This document shows, one piece after another, positions 17,728-28,235 of a stretch of 57,755 nucleotides of DNA. This stretch comes from Collinsella sp. Lineage in GTDB: Bacteria > Actinomycetota > Coriobacteriia > Coriobacteriales > Coriobacteriaceae. Below the pieces are notes generated by a model. That model had not been told where the DNA came from. It ran no database searches and saw nothing but the letters and a program-made list of their open reading frames with translations. The stretch covers positions 1-57,755 of the forward strand of contig JAUMNV010000123.1 in assembly GCA_031295725.1 (NCBI GenBank), read 5' to 3'. Each line of letters begins with the position of its first letter. Within the stretch, counting starts at the first letter, position 1. A program made the translations under genes and the position numbers.

Positions 17728-20505
17728 CTACCCGCGGTTACGGACGCGGCTGTAGGGCGTATCCACCATGGGCAGATCGGGACGCAGCTTGCCGTCAAAC
17801 GCGCGGTAGGCGTTCTGCACGGCGGGCGCCGTGGGGATCGTTGCGATCTCGCCGATGCCCTTGCCGCCGTATGCCACGGGCAACAGCTCGTCCTTCTCCA
17901 CGTAGATAGCGTGGATATCCGGAATCTCGGGTGCACGGAACAGCCCGAGCGTACCGTACCTTGCCTGGGGCACGCAGTCCTTGAGCGGCCAGTCCTCGGT
18001 AAGTGCGTAACCCATACCCATGAGCACACCGCCTTCGATCTGACCCTGGATGGAGATGGGGTTGACCACCTTGCCGGAATCGTGCGCGGCATAGACCTCG
18101 CTCACGCGACCGTCATCATCCAGAATGACCACATGCGTGGCAAAACCGTAGCAGATGTGGCTCTTGGGGTTGGGAACATCCGCGCCCAGCTTGTCGGTCG
18201 GCTCCAGATACACGTAGCCAAACTCGCATCCCTCGAGCGCCTTGATGGCGGTCGCGGGATCCTGAGGATGCATACCCTGGCCGGCGACGAGTTCCTGCGT
18301 GCGCAGCTGGTAGGCGCGACCGTCGTCGTACTCGATCTTGACGCCGTCGCCATGCGCGCTCACGGGAGCATCGGGCGCAGGCTTGCCGGCCTCGATGCCA
18401 ACCATGGCATCGCGCAGCAGGAAGGCGGCACCGCGCACGGCCTCGCCGGTCACGACCGTCTGTCGCGAGCCAGACGTGGTGCCGGAGTCGGGAGCGTTCT
18501 CGGTGGAGCACTCGCCATTGGCAATGCAGCGAAGCGGCAGGCCGCACGCCTCGGCAACGTCTTGCAAAAAGACGGTATTGCAGCCCTGGCCGATGTCGGA
18601 TGTGGCGGCATAGACTACGGCCACGCCGTTCTCGACGCGAATCTTGCAGCGACCGGCATCGGGCAGGCCCACGCCCACGCCGGCGTTCTTCATGGCGCAG
18701 GCAATGCCGGCGTGGCCGGGATGCGCGTAGTAGGCATCCTTGACCTCGAGCAGCGTCTCCTTCAGCGCCGTGGAGCAGTCGGCGATCTGACCGTTGGGCA
18801 GAACCTCGCCCGGCTCGATGGCGTTACGGTAGCGGATCTCCCACGGATCCAGGCCGACCTTCTCTGCCAGCAGGTCGATCAGGCTCTCGAGCGCAAACTC
18901 GGACTGGCAAACGCCAAAGCCACGGTACGCGCCGGCGGGCGGGTTGTTGGTGTAGTAGCCAAAACCGCGAATGTCGGTGTTCTGGTACTTGTAGGGGCCG
19001 ACGGCATGCGTACAGGCGCGCTCGAGCACCGGACCGCACAGCGATGCGTAGGCGCCGGTATCAAAGTTGATCTCGCAGTCCAGACCGGTAAAGTTGCCCT
19101 CGGCGTCGCAGCCCAGCGTAAAGGTGCCGTCCATGGCGTGGCGCTTGGGATGGAACGCGAGCGACTCAGCGCGCGTGAGCTTGCACTTCACAGGACGCTG
19201 GAACTTATAGGCAGCAAGCGCGGCCAGGTGCTGGATGGACACGTCCTCCTTGCCGCCAAAGCCACCACCCACGAGCATGGTCTCGACGACCACACGCTCG
19301 GGCTCGCTATCCCAGCCAAACATGTGGGCGCACTCTTTGCGCGTGTCGTAGGCGCCCTGGTCGGTTGACTGCACCTTGACGCCGTTCTTGTACGGGAAGG
19401 CGACGGCGCACTCGGGCTCCAAGAAGGCATGCTCGGTAAAGGGCGTGGTAAAGCGCTGCGTCACGGTAAAGGCGCTCTCTGCCAGCGCCTTGGCGGCGTC
19501 GCCGCGAGTCACGTGACGGCTCTGGCACACGTTGTCCTTGAGCTCCACCGTGTTGCCAAAGGCAAAGAAGCTGTCGTGCAGGCGCGGGGCGTCGGCAGCC
19601 CTGGCCTCGACAATGTTACGCACGGGCTCCAGCGGCTCGTAATCGATCTTTACGAGCTTCTTGGCCTTCTCGAGCGTCGCCTCGTCCTCGGCAACCACCA
19701 GCACGATGGCGTCACCCACGCAGCGGGTGATATCGCCCTGGGCGATCATGACGTCCCAGTCCTGGATAAGGTGGCCGACCTGGTTGACCGGCACGTCCTC
19801 GGCGCGCAGGATACCCACCACGCCGGGCAGGGCCTCGGCCTTAGAGGTATCGATGGAGAGCACGCGGGCGCGCGGGTACTTGGAGCGCACGACGCTGGCA
19901 TAGGTCAGGCCCGGCTGATCGAGCTCGTCGATGTCGTCGGGATACTTGCCCTCGCCGAGCACCTTCTTGCGCACGTCAATACGGAAGGCGCGCTTGCCCA
20001 CGCCGTAGTCATCGCCGCGCTCCAGGTCCTCGTCGATCTGCTTTTCGCCGCGGAGCACCGCAGCGGCCAGCGAGATGCCCTCGATAATCTTTTTGTAGCC
20101 GGTGCAGCGACAGACGTTACCGCGAATGGCGTACTTGATCTGCTCCTCGGTGGGCTCGGGGTCCTCGGCGATGAGCGCCGCACCCGCCATGACCATGCCG
20201 GGAATGCAAAAACCGCACTGCACGGCGCCCACGGCGCCAAAGGCGTACACAAAGGCCTCGCGCACGTCCTCGGGCAGGCCCTCGACGGTCACGATGTTGC
20301 GACCGGCGGCAAGAGCGGTGGTCAGCACGCACGCCTTGACGGCTGCACCGTCCACATGGATGGTGCAGGTGCCACAAGCACCTTCGGAGCAGCCGTCCTT
20401 GGCGGAATGGATATGCAAGTCGTCGCGCAGGTAGCGCAGCAGCGGTTTGTTTTGGGTCGTCGTGCGCTCGACGCCGTTAACGGTAAAAGTGAATTCCTGT
20501 GCCAT
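17728..20505 (-). CDS. xdh: Selenium-dependent xanthine dehydrogenase (fused 2Fe-2S + molybdopterin domains)
   Basis: GCSEGACGTC, QCGFCIPG, CRCTGY, VGGGFGGKE, AYRGFG and KGIGEI motifs. Confidence 0.9.
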   Translation of the reverse strand: MAQEFTFTVNGVERTTTQNKPLLRYLRDDLHIHSAKDGCSEGACGTCTIHVDGAAVKACVLTTALAAGRNIVTVEGLPEDVREAFVYAFGAVGAVQCGFCIPGMVMAGAALIAEDPEPTEEQIKYAIRGNVCRCTGYKKIIEGISLAAAVLRGEKQIDEDLERGDDYGVGKRAFRIDVRKKVLGEGKYPDDIDELDQPGLTYASVVRSKYPRARVLSIDTSKAEALPGVVGILRAEDVPVNQVGHLIQDWDVMIAQGDITRCVGDAIVLVVAEDEATLEKAKKLVKIDYEPLEPVRNIVEARAADAPRLHDSFFAFGNTVELKDNVCQSRHVTRGDAAKALAESAFTVTQRFTTPFTEHAFLEPECAVAFPYKNGVKVQSTDQGAYDTRKECAHMFGWDSEPERVVVETMLVGGGFGGKEDVSIQHLAALAAYKFQRPVKCKLTRAESLAFHPKRHAMDGTFTLGCDAEGNFTGLDCEINFDTGAYASLCGPVLERACTHAVGPYKYQNTDIRGFGYYTNNPPAGAYRGFGVCQSEFALESLIDLLAEKVGLDPWEIRYRNAIEPGEVLPNGQIADCSTALKETLLEVKDAYYAHPGHAGIACAMKNAGVGVGLPDAGRCKIRVENGVAVVYAATSDIGQGCNTVFLQDVAEACGLPLRCIANGECSTENAPDSGTTSGSRQTVVTGEAVRGAAFLLRDAMVGIEAGKPAPDAPVSAHGDGVKIEYDDGRAYQLRTQELVAGQGMHPQDPATAIKALEGCEFGYVYLEPTDKLGADVPNPKSHICYGFATHVVILDDDGRVSEVYAAHDSGKVVNPISIQGQIEGGVLMGMGYALTEDWPLKDCVPQARYGTLGLFRAPEIPDIHAIYVEKDELLPVAYGGKGIGEIATIPTAPAVQNAYRAFDGKLRPDLPMVDTPYSRVRNRG

Positions 20506-20517
20506 GGTGATTCCCTT

Positions 20518-20997
20518 CTACACGCCGGCGGCGATGCCGGTGCGGTCGTGGATGGCGCCATGCGGGCAGACGACGGCGCACATGCCGCACGACAGGCAAT
20601 CCGCACCGTCGATATGGGCGCAGTTGTCCTCGATGCGGATAGCGCCGGCAGGGCACTTTTTGGCGCACATGCCGCAACCGATGCAGCTCGTGTCGCAGAC
20701 CTTGCGCGCAATGGCGCCCTTATCGGTGTTGTTGCAGCGCACCAGAATGTTCTGGTAGCCGGGGACGAAGGCAATCACGCGCTGCGGGCACGCCACGCCG
20801 CACAGGCCACAGCCCGTGCACTTGGAGCGGTCCACGCGGGCGATGCCATCGACCAGCGCAATGGCGCCGTGGGGGCAGGCCGTGACGCAGGCGCCACAGC
20901 CAATGCAGCCTTCGCTGCAGTGGGCGTCGCCGCCTGCGGAGGCGCAACCGCTTCCGCAGGCAACGTAGGCCACGTTATGTTGAATGGATTTGGCCAT
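20518..20997 (-). CDS. Polyferredoxin (4Fe-4S dicluster, resembles RnfB C-terminus)
   Basis: Four CxxCxxCxxxCP motifs. Confidence 0.85.
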   Translation of the reverse strand: MAKSIQHNVAYVACGSGCASAGGDAHCSEGCIGCGACVTACPHGAIALVDGIARVDRSKCTGCGLCGVACPQRVIAFVPGYQNILVRCNNTDKGAIARKVCDTSCIGCGMCAKKCPAGAIRIEDNCAHIDGADCLSCGMCAVVCPHGAIHDRTGIAAGV

Positions 20998-21008
20998 AAG
21001 AGACTCGC

Positions 21009-24008
21009 CTATTTCTTAAGAAGGTACGAATAGTTGTCGCGCACAGCCCTGATGGTCAGGCGGACGGCCTCGGGAAGACCGGTGTTGACGGCATCGACCG
21101 AGACGGTGCGGACCGTGCCGGCGACGCGAACCTTAAAGTGGTCCTCGTCCACGGCCAGGAAGCCCTCGTTCTCGGAGTTCTCCATGTCCTCCTCGCTCCA
21201 GAACAGGGTGAGCTTGTCCTTGTAGGGACGACCCTCCTGGTAAGGGCAGAACACGGCGCAGTTGCCGCACTCGTTGCACATGCCGTCGACATGGACGACC
21301 TGATGCTTGGCCAGGCCCGGCACCTTAATTGCCACGTTGGCGCGGTTGGGGCACACGTCGCAGCAGACCTCGCACACCGAGCCGCAGCCCAGGCAGCGAG
21401 TCTTGGTGCAGTTGCGCTTGTCGCGGCACAGCGACCCCTTGCGCTCGTAGCAGGTATCCTCGCGACCGGCCTGAGCATTCTGGTCGGCGTACTTGTTAAA
21501 GTCCACACCGGCGATGGCACGGGCGACCTCGGCGGCGTCGGCAATAGCCTCGACCACGGTAGCAGGACCGCGACGGCAGTCACCGGCAGCCCAAACGCCC
21601 TCGACGCCGGTGGAGGTGGCGGCAAGACGGCCGCGACGGTCGTGCTCGACGCCCGCGGCATCGTACAGGCTGGCATCGATGCCCTCGCCCACGGCGCAGA
21701 TCACCGTGGTGGCGGGAAGCTCGATGGTCTCGCCCGTGGCGACGGGGCTGCGACGGCCGCTTGCATCCGGCTCGCCAAGCTCCATAACGTCGCAGGTCAG
21801 CACGGCGCCGTTAAGCGCCTTGGGGGCCAGCAGCTCGCAGAACTCAACGCCGTCGGCAAGAGCAAGATCGAGCTCTTCCTCGTCGGCGGGCATCTGCTTC
21901 TTGGTGCGGCGATACACCAGGCGCACGTTCTTCACGCCGGCCAGGCGCTTGGCCACGCGGGCCGCGTCCATGGCGGTGTTGCCGGCGCCAATGACCACGA
22001 CGTCCTCGCCCAGCTCGAGCTTCTCGCCCTTCTTGGCGGCCTCGAGGAACTCCAGCACATCGAGCTCGGCGCCCTCGCCCAAGCCCGCAGAGCCGGGCAT
22101 CCAGGCACCGGTGGCCACGACCACGTCGGTAAAGCCTTGAGCCTTGAGTTCGTCGATGGAATCCACGCGAGCGTTGAGCTGCACCTTGGCGCCAAAGGCT
22201 AGGCAGAGCTCGGCATCGTGGGAGATATCGTCGCTCGCGATGCGGAACTCGGGAATCACGTGACGGACCACGCCACCGAGAGAGTCGCGGGCCTCGAAGA
22301 TGGTGACGGGCACGCCGGCACGCGTCAGGAAGAACGCCGTCGCCAGGCCGGCCGGGCCGCCGCCGATAACGACAACGTTGCGCTCGCCGTCGTTTGCGAT
22401 GGCCTGGGCACGCAGCTTGGGCAGCACGGCGGTCATGGCCTCGCGGGCGGCCTTGAGCTTGCTGGCGCGAATCTGGGCGCCCTCGGGCTCGTAGAACGCA
22501 CGCTCGCAGGCACGGCCGCAGGGATGCGGGCAGATGGTGCCGGTAATGAACGGCAGGGCGTTGCGCTCGATGATGATGTTGAGTGCGTCCTCGTAGCGGC
22601 CCTCGTCAACAGCCGCCAGATAGGCGGGAATATCCTGCTGGATGGGGCAGCTCGTGCGGCACGGCGTGGTAAAGCAATCGGAAAGCGGGCTCTTGCCGGC
22701 GACCTTGCGGTCGGGTAGCGGGCGCAGCGGCTTCTTGTAGAGCGGGTTGGTGAGCGAGTCGGTCTGGATCGCGGTCACGGCCTCGAGCGAGACGCCCTCA
22801 AACGGCTTGCCGTCCAGATCGGTGAACTCGCCGGCCATCTGACTAAAGCGCTCGTAGCCACCGGGCTTGAGCACATCGGTCGCCAGGGTGACGGGCCAAA
22901 TGCCGGCGTTATACAGGGCGCGGATGTTGTAGACCGTGGCGCCGCCGGAGTAGCTGATGCGCAGCTTGCCATCGAACTGCTCGGTAATGCGGCGGGCAGC
23001 CTCGATGGTCAGCGAGAACAGCGAACGGCCCGACATGTACATCTCGGTGGAGGGCAGCTCGTCCCTGGTCACGTCGACGGGGAACGTGTTGGTCAGCTTG
23101 ACGCCAAACTCCAGGCCGTGCTCGGCGCACAGGGCAATCAGGCGCTCGAACATGGGCACGGCGTCGCCCCACTGCAGGTCCTCGCGGAAGTGCGTGTCAT
23201 CGAAGACGATGTAGTCAAAGCCCAGCTCGTTCAGACGCTGGCGGGCAAACTCATAGCCCAGCAGCGTGGGGTTGCACTTGATGTAGGTGTTGAGGCCCTT
23301 CTCGGTGATCAGATAGGTCGCGATGCGCTCGATCTCCGCCGGCGGGCAGCCGTGCAGGGTAGACTCGGTGATGGAGTTGGAGACGCGTGCCGGGATGGAT
23401 TCGACAAATGCGGCGTCGACATGCTCAAACTTGTCCAGGTTGGCAAGCGCCCATGCGCGGCACTCATTCCAGACGTCAGAGCCGCTGGCGTCCTTCATGC
23501 CCTCGATGTAGGCGTCGACCTTGGGGCTCTTAATGCCCTCCAGGTCATAGCCCACGGACATGTTAAAGACAAAACCGTCCGGGCTGCCCAGGCCGTACTC
23601 GCGAGCGATCAGGTGGCAGGCAAACCATGCCTTCACGTACTCGGCAAAGGCCTGCGGAACCTCGAGCTCGGTCGACCACTCGCAGTTGTAGCACTCGTCC
23701 TGCGCCACAATGCAAGGTTTGTTAACGCACTTGGAGAGATCCTCGCCGTCCATAACCTGAACGGTCTTGAGCTCAAAGAAGCGGGAACCGGCCACGTAGG
23801 ATGCCACGATGTTCTGGGCAAGCTGCGTATTGGGGCCGGCGGCCGGGCCAAACGGAGTCTCGATGCGCTCGTCAAAAATGGGAAGCGCGCCCTCCTGGTT
23901 GGTCGTAACCATCTTGCGCACGCCAAAGACGGCGCCCTGAGTCTTGTGCTCCTCGATGATCCAGTTCATCAGTTGCGAAAACGGGATCGGCCTCATGATG
24001 TCGCTCAT
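21009..24008 (-). CDS. ygfK: YgfK flavin/Fe-S oxidoreductase
   Basis: MSDIMRPIPF, GPAAGPNTQLAQN, GGGPAG, GAGNTAMD and C-terminal 4Fe-4S motifs. Confidence 0.92.
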   Translation of the reverse strand: MSDIMRPIPFSQLMNWIIEEHKTQGAVFGVRKMVTTNQEGALPIFDERIETPFGPAAGPNTQLAQNIVASYVAGSRFFELKTVQVMDGEDLSKCVNKPCIVAQDECYNCEWSTELEVPQAFAEYVKAWFACHLIAREYGLGSPDGFVFNMSVGYDLEGIKSPKVDAYIEGMKDASGSDVWNECRAWALANLDKFEHVDAAFVESIPARVSNSITESTLHGCPPAEIERIATYLITEKGLNTYIKCNPTLLGYEFARQRLNELGFDYIVFDDTHFREDLQWGDAVPMFERLIALCAEHGLEFGVKLTNTFPVDVTRDELPSTEMYMSGRSLFSLTIEAARRITEQFDGKLRISYSGGATVYNIRALYNAGIWPVTLATDVLKPGGYERFSQMAGEFTDLDGKPFEGVSLEAVTAIQTDSLTNPLYKKPLRPLPDRKVAGKSPLSDCFTTPCRTSCPIQQDIPAYLAAVDEGRYEDALNIIIERNALPFITGTICPHPCGRACERAFYEPEGAQIRASKLKAAREAMTAVLPKLRAQAIANDGERNVVVIGGGPAGLATAFFLTRAGVPVTIFEARDSLGGVVRHVIPEFRIASDDISHDAELCLAFGAKVQLNARVDSIDELKAQGFTDVVVATGAWMPGSAGLGEGAELDVLEFLEAAKKGEKLELGEDVVVIGAGNTAMDAARVAKRLAGVKNVRLVYRRTKKQMPADEEELDLALADGVEFCELLAPKALNGAVLTCDVMELGEPDASGRRSPVATGETIELPATTVICAVGEGIDASLYDAAGVEHDRRGRLAATSTGVEGVWAAGDCRRGPATVVEAIADAAEVARAIAGVDFNKYADQNAQAGREDTCYERKGSLCRDKRNCTKTRCLGCGSVCEVCCDVCPNRANVAIKVPGLAKHQVVHVDGMCNECGNCAVFCPYQEGRPYKDKLTLFWSEEDMENSENEGFLAVDEDHFKVRVAGTVRTVSVDAVNTGLPEAVRLTIRAVRDNYSYLLKK

Positions 24009-24157
24009 AATGAGCTCCTCTCTGTAACGCCCGGCGAGACCGCGCGGCGGGCGCAAATACGGTGTAGCGCTAGCACAGCGCCGGCGACCCCGCGGAGGCC
24101 GCCTATACGCGCGTCAGATGCGGCGAAACATCCGGCGCGCGTGAATCTACTTGTGAA

Positions 24158-25513
24158 TTAGTAGGTGCGATCGTTGAGCGTGCTCCAGAGCTTCTTGGAC
24201 TCGGCCATGGTCCACGCGTTGATCTTGTCCTCATCAATGCCAACGAACTCGCGATCCTTGTACAGGACACGGCCGTTGATGATGGTGGTGCGGCAGTTTT
24301 TGCCCATCATGCCAAAGAGCATGTGGCCGTCGATGTTCTCCTCGCTCAGCGGCGTAAAGGGCTTGTAGTCCATAACGATAACGTCGGCGGCAGCGCCGGC
24401 CTCGAGCACACCGAGCTTGCGATCGAAGTACTTGCTGGCCATCTTCGCGTTATTCTCGAACAGCATCGTCATGGCCTCGCACCAGCCCACGTTGGGCATA
24501 GCGGCGTTATGGCGCTGAATGATTAGGAAGACCTTGAGGCTCTCGAGCATATCGTGGGTGTAGGCGTCGGTGCCCATGCACACGGGGATGCCGCGGCGGA
24601 AGAACTCGAGCACGGGGGCGCAGCCCACGGCGTTGCCCATATTGGATTCGGGGTTGTTGACGAGCCAGGTGCCGGACTCCTTGACGATATCCATCTCGGC
24701 AGGCGTCACGTGGATGCAGTGGCCCAGCATGGTGTCGGGACCCAGCAGGTTGTGCTGCAGCAGGCGCTCGACGGGGCTGATGCCGCCGCGGTTGAGGCGG
24801 GAATCCCACACGTCGTTCATGCCCTCGCACACATGGATGTGGAAGCCGGTCAGGCCGTTGTTGGCCTCGGCCATCTTATCCATGGTCTCGTCCGAAAGCG
24901 TAAAGGTGGCATGTCCGCCAAACATGGCGGCGATCATGTGGTTGTCGTTATCGCGACGCTCCTTGGCGGCCCACTGGGCAAACTCGGCGTTCTCGGCAAT
25001 GGCCTGGTCGCATTTTTCCTGGCCGCGGCGATCGGAGACCTCGTAGCACAGGCACGAACGCATACCCAGCTCCTGCGCGGCGTCCTTAATGGTAAAGAGG
25101 CTTCCCGGGATCTCGCAGAAGCTCGCATGGTGATCGAAGATCGTGGTGACGCCGTCGCGGATGGAATCCAGAATCGTGGCATAGGCGCTGGCCTTGGTGC
25201 CGTCGAGCGTCAGGTTGTCGTCGATCTTCCACCACTGCTGCTCAAGATTCTCCAGGAAGTTGGTGGGGTTGCAGCCCTTAATGGCAAGGCCGCGGGCCAG
25301 ACCCGAGTAGATGTGGGTGTGGCAGTTGATAAGTCCGGGCATGATGAGGTTGCCCTGGGCGTCGACGTACTCGGCATCCGGGTACTTGGCCTTGAGCTCG
25401 CGCTCGGGGCCCACTTCGACGATCGTATCTCCGTCAATGGCGACCGCACCGTTGGGAATGAACGGAGTCTGAGCGTTGCGGGTAAAGACGGAACCGTTAG
25501 CGACCAGAAGCAT
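24158..25513 (-). CDS. ssnA: Aminohydrolase SsnA
   Basis: PGLINCHTHIYSGLARG, DHHAS, HIHVCEG and NPESNMGNAVG. Confidence 0.92.
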   Translation of the reverse strand: MLLVANGSVFTRNAQTPFIPNGAVAIDGDTIVEVGPERELKAKYPDAEYVDAQGNLIMPGLINCHTHIYSGLARGLAIKGCNPTNFLENLEQQWWKIDDNLTLDGTKASAYATILDSIRDGVTTIFDHHASFCEIPGSLFTIKDAAQELGMRSCLCYEVSDRRGQEKCDQAIAENAEFAQWAAKERRDNDNHMIAAMFGGHATFTLSDETMDKMAEANNGLTGFHIHVCEGMNDVWDSRLNRGGISPVERLLQHNLLGPDTMLGHCIHVTPAEMDIVKESGTWLVNNPESNMGNAVGCAPVLEFFRRGIPVCMGTDAYTHDMLESLKVFLIIQRHNAAMPNVGWCEAMTMLFENNAKMASKYFDRKLGVLEAGAAADVIVMDYKPFTPLSEENIDGHMLFGMMGKNCRTTIINGRVLYKDREFVGIDEDKINAWTMAESKKLWSTLNDRTY

Positions 25514-25709
25514 AAATGCTCCCTTCAACATCAGGGGCGGGGTTTGACACCTCTGACATGGCGGAAGTGCGAAGCGCCGGCCTACACCGGAAACGGGCCC
25601 TCTCCCGTCAACGCTTCACCAAAGGGACGAGCCCTTTGAAGTGCGGCTTGGCGCCGCATGGCGCCGGCGGACGAGGCGATGCGTCCGCCGGCGAATAGCA
25701 CCGAATTGG

Positions 25710-27104
25710 TTACTTCTTGCTCTCGGGCAGGACCAGATTCACAGCGGCATCCTTGGCGGCATCGATGTGCTGAGCCACGACCGGCGTCTGCGGAAGGATC
25801 AGGTTGAGCACGATGGCCATGATGGCGGTGGGAGTCACGGCGTTGGAGCCGATGACGGTGGACACCCAGGTAGGCATACCCTCGCCGGCAAGGCAACCGC
25901 TGGCCATCCAGATACCCAGGCCAAAGACGACGGAGGTACCGACGATGGTGGTGGTGCGCTGCGTGAGGCCCTCGCGGGTGAACATGCGCACGCCGTTCAT
26001 GGTGATGGTGCCAAAGACGCCGACGGTCGCGCCGCCGATGACGGGCTGCGGGATAGCGGAAAGGATGGCAGAGAGCTGCGGGAACAGGCCGGCGATGGCA
26101 AAGACGGCCGCGATGATCACAAAGACCCACTTGTTGACGACCTTGTTGGAGCAGATGATGCCCACGTTCTGGCCAAGGGCGCTGGTGGGAAGACCGCCCA
26201 GCAGGCCGCCGACCATAGAGGTGAGGCCCTGGGACACGATAGCGCCGGAGAGCTCGCGCTCGGTGGGCATACGGTCGATGGAGCCCAGGCAGGCGGCGGA
26301 GACGTCACCGATAACCTGGATGGCAACCATGGGGAACACGACGGCGAGGGTAATGCAGACCTCGGGATCAAACTCGAGCGCGTAGGGCATGAGCTTGGGA
26401 AGGGCGAAGACCTGAGCGGTGGCGACGCTGGAGAAGTCGATCATGCCAAAGGGGATCGAAACGATCATGCCAACGATCATGCCAAAGAACACGGATCCCA
26501 GCTTGAGCGTGCCCTTGCCAAAGTTGGCGAGCGCAAAGACCACAGCGAAGGTGATCAGGGCGACGCACCATGCCTGCGGGGTACCCCACAGCGGCGTGCC
26601 CATGCCACCGGCCATGTACTTGACGGCCGTGGGATAGAGAGAGACGCCAATAGAGAAGATGACCGTACCGGTCACGACGGGCGGGAACAGCCACTTGATC
26701 TTGCTGTAGGCCAGACCAAAGAGGACCGCAACGGCGCCGCCGACGATCTCGCCGCCCAGCAGCGCGCCAAAACTAAAGCCCGAGGCGCCCATGGCCTGAA
26801 GGGCCGGCAGGAACGCGAACGAAACGCCCATGACGATGGGCAGGCCGCCGCCGATACGACGGAAGGGAGCGAAGGCCTGAAGGGCCGTGTCGATTGCCGA
26901 AAGAATGAGCGCAACCTGAATGATGTCGGTGCTCTGCTGGCTATTAAAGCCGTAGACGCCGGCCATGATGACAGCCGGGGTGATGATACCGGCAAACGAA
27001 GCCAGTACGTGCTGAAGGGCACACGGGATCATTTCCTTAACGGGAGGCATGCCTTCACGAGTGAACAGGGCTTCAGTGCCGTTCTTAACCGTCTCCTGGG
27101 TCAT
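25710..27104 (-). CDS. NCS2 (uracil/xanthine/urate) permease
   Basis: ALQHVLA in TM1, QNVGII NAT signature and many TM helices. Confidence 0.9.
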   Translation of the reverse strand: MTQETVKNGTEALFTREGMPPVKEMIPCALQHVLASFAGIITPAVIMAGVYGFNSQQSTDIIQVALILSAIDTALQAFAPFRRIGGGLPIVMGVSFAFLPALQAMGASGFSFGALLGGEIVGGAVAVLFGLAYSKIKWLFPPVVTGTVIFSIGVSLYPTAVKYMAGGMGTPLWGTPQAWCVALITFAVVFALANFGKGTLKLGSVFFGMIVGMIVSIPFGMIDFSSVATAQVFALPKLMPYALEFDPEVCITLAVVFPMVAIQVIGDVSAACLGSIDRMPTERELSGAIVSQGLTSMVGGLLGGLPTSALGQNVGIICSNKVVNKWVFVIIAAVFAIAGLFPQLSAILSAIPQPVIGGATVGVFGTITMNGVRMFTREGLTQRTTTIVGTSVVFGLGIWMASGCLAGEGMPTWVSTVIGSNAVTPTAIMAIVLNLILPQTPVVAQHIDAAKDAAVNLVLPESKK

Positions 27105-27455
27105 TTGACCACCAATCCTCGAAATAGTTGTTTTCGCATCTAACGCTCTATTGTGACGCAGTGCGGGGTTGAGGTTGTGCCTTCGTTGCATATCGTATTA
27201 AAGATGATTCTCATTCTCAATAATAATTTTTTGTTATCAGACTATTCTTCAGCTGAGATAACGCATTTCCGCAGGTCAGGAATGTGTCTGTTCAAAATAA
27301 CATCTAACTTTTCTTTTGGTCGACCGTTTACCGCCAAATTTCTACCGTTCGTCTGTATTACGCAATGTACCTGCGGATATACGAGATGATGAGCAGCGTG
27401 TTACCATGATAAAAAATTGTTATGAACACTTCGATAGAACCAAAAGGAGTTGCCC

Positions 27456-28112
27456 GTGAACGAGACCGTACGTCGCTTTTTGCCGATGGTCGATTTCCTG
27501 GAGCAGATACTCGGCAAAAACAGCGAAATCGTGCTGCACGATTTCTCGGATCCCGACCACGCCATCGTCGATATTCGCAACGGCATCGTGAGCGGCCGCA
27601 AGGTCGGCGGCCCCGCTACCGATCTGGCGCTCAAGATCATGCACGATCCCAAGTATCGCGACCTGCCGTTTATTACGGGCTACGAGGGGCGCGGTGCCGG
27701 CGGCAAGACGTTGGAGTCGGCGACGTACTTTATCCGCGAGAATGACGAGATTGTCGGTATGCTTTGCGTCAACACCGACCTCTCGACCGTGCGCTCCATC
27801 AACGCCATGGCGCAGCAGCTCATGGCGTGCTTCGACGCGGCGCCGACGCACACGGAGCCCGCGTCTATCGAGGTCGAAAGCCTTTCGGAGTCTACGCAGG
27901 AGCTCATCGACCGCAGTATTGCCGAGCTGCTGAGCGCGCGCGGGCTGGATGTAGCGTCACTTGGCCAGAGCGACCGCGTGGACGTCATTCGCCACCTCAA
28001 CGGCAACGGGGTGTTCATGCTCAAGGGCGCCGTGGCCTGTGCCGCCACCGCGCTGGGCATCTCGGAGCCCAGCGTCTACCGCTACCTGCAAAAAGTCCGC
28101 AAGGAGGGCTAA
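27456..28112 (+). CDS. Second YheO-like PAS + HTH regulator
   Basis: EIVLHDF...IRNGIVSGRKVGGP and GISEPSVYRYL; GTG follows AAGGAG. Confidence 0.88.
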   Translation: MNETVRRFLPMVDFLEQILGKNSEIVLHDFSDPDHAIVDIRNGIVSGRKVGGPATDLALKIMHDPKYRDLPFITGYEGRGAGGKTLESATYFIRENDEIVGMLCVNTDLSTVRSINAMAQQLMACFDAAPTHTEPASIEVESLSESTQELIDRSIAELLSARGLDVASLGQSDRVDVIRHLNGNGVFMLKGAVACAATALGISEPSVYRYLQKVRKEG

Positions 28113-28167
28113 TCCGCTGACTCCTTGGGAACGGAGGAAAACGGATTATTTTGCCGCATCGCTTAAC

Positions 28168-28205
28168 AAAAGACCCTGCAGCTTACACGCGCTGCAGGGT
28201 CTTTT
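28168..28205. terminator. Bidirectional terminator
   Basis: AAAAGACCCTGCAGC...GCTGCAGGGTCTTTT between convergent genes. Confidence 0.85.
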
Positions 28206-28235
28206 TGCATGTCATGTTTAGTTGTTGCCAACGCC

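Noticed and set aside
17728..25513. Selenocysteine recoding in the selenium-associated genes
   Set aside because: The ORFs are full length without in-frame TGA; this Xdh class uses a labile Se cofactor.
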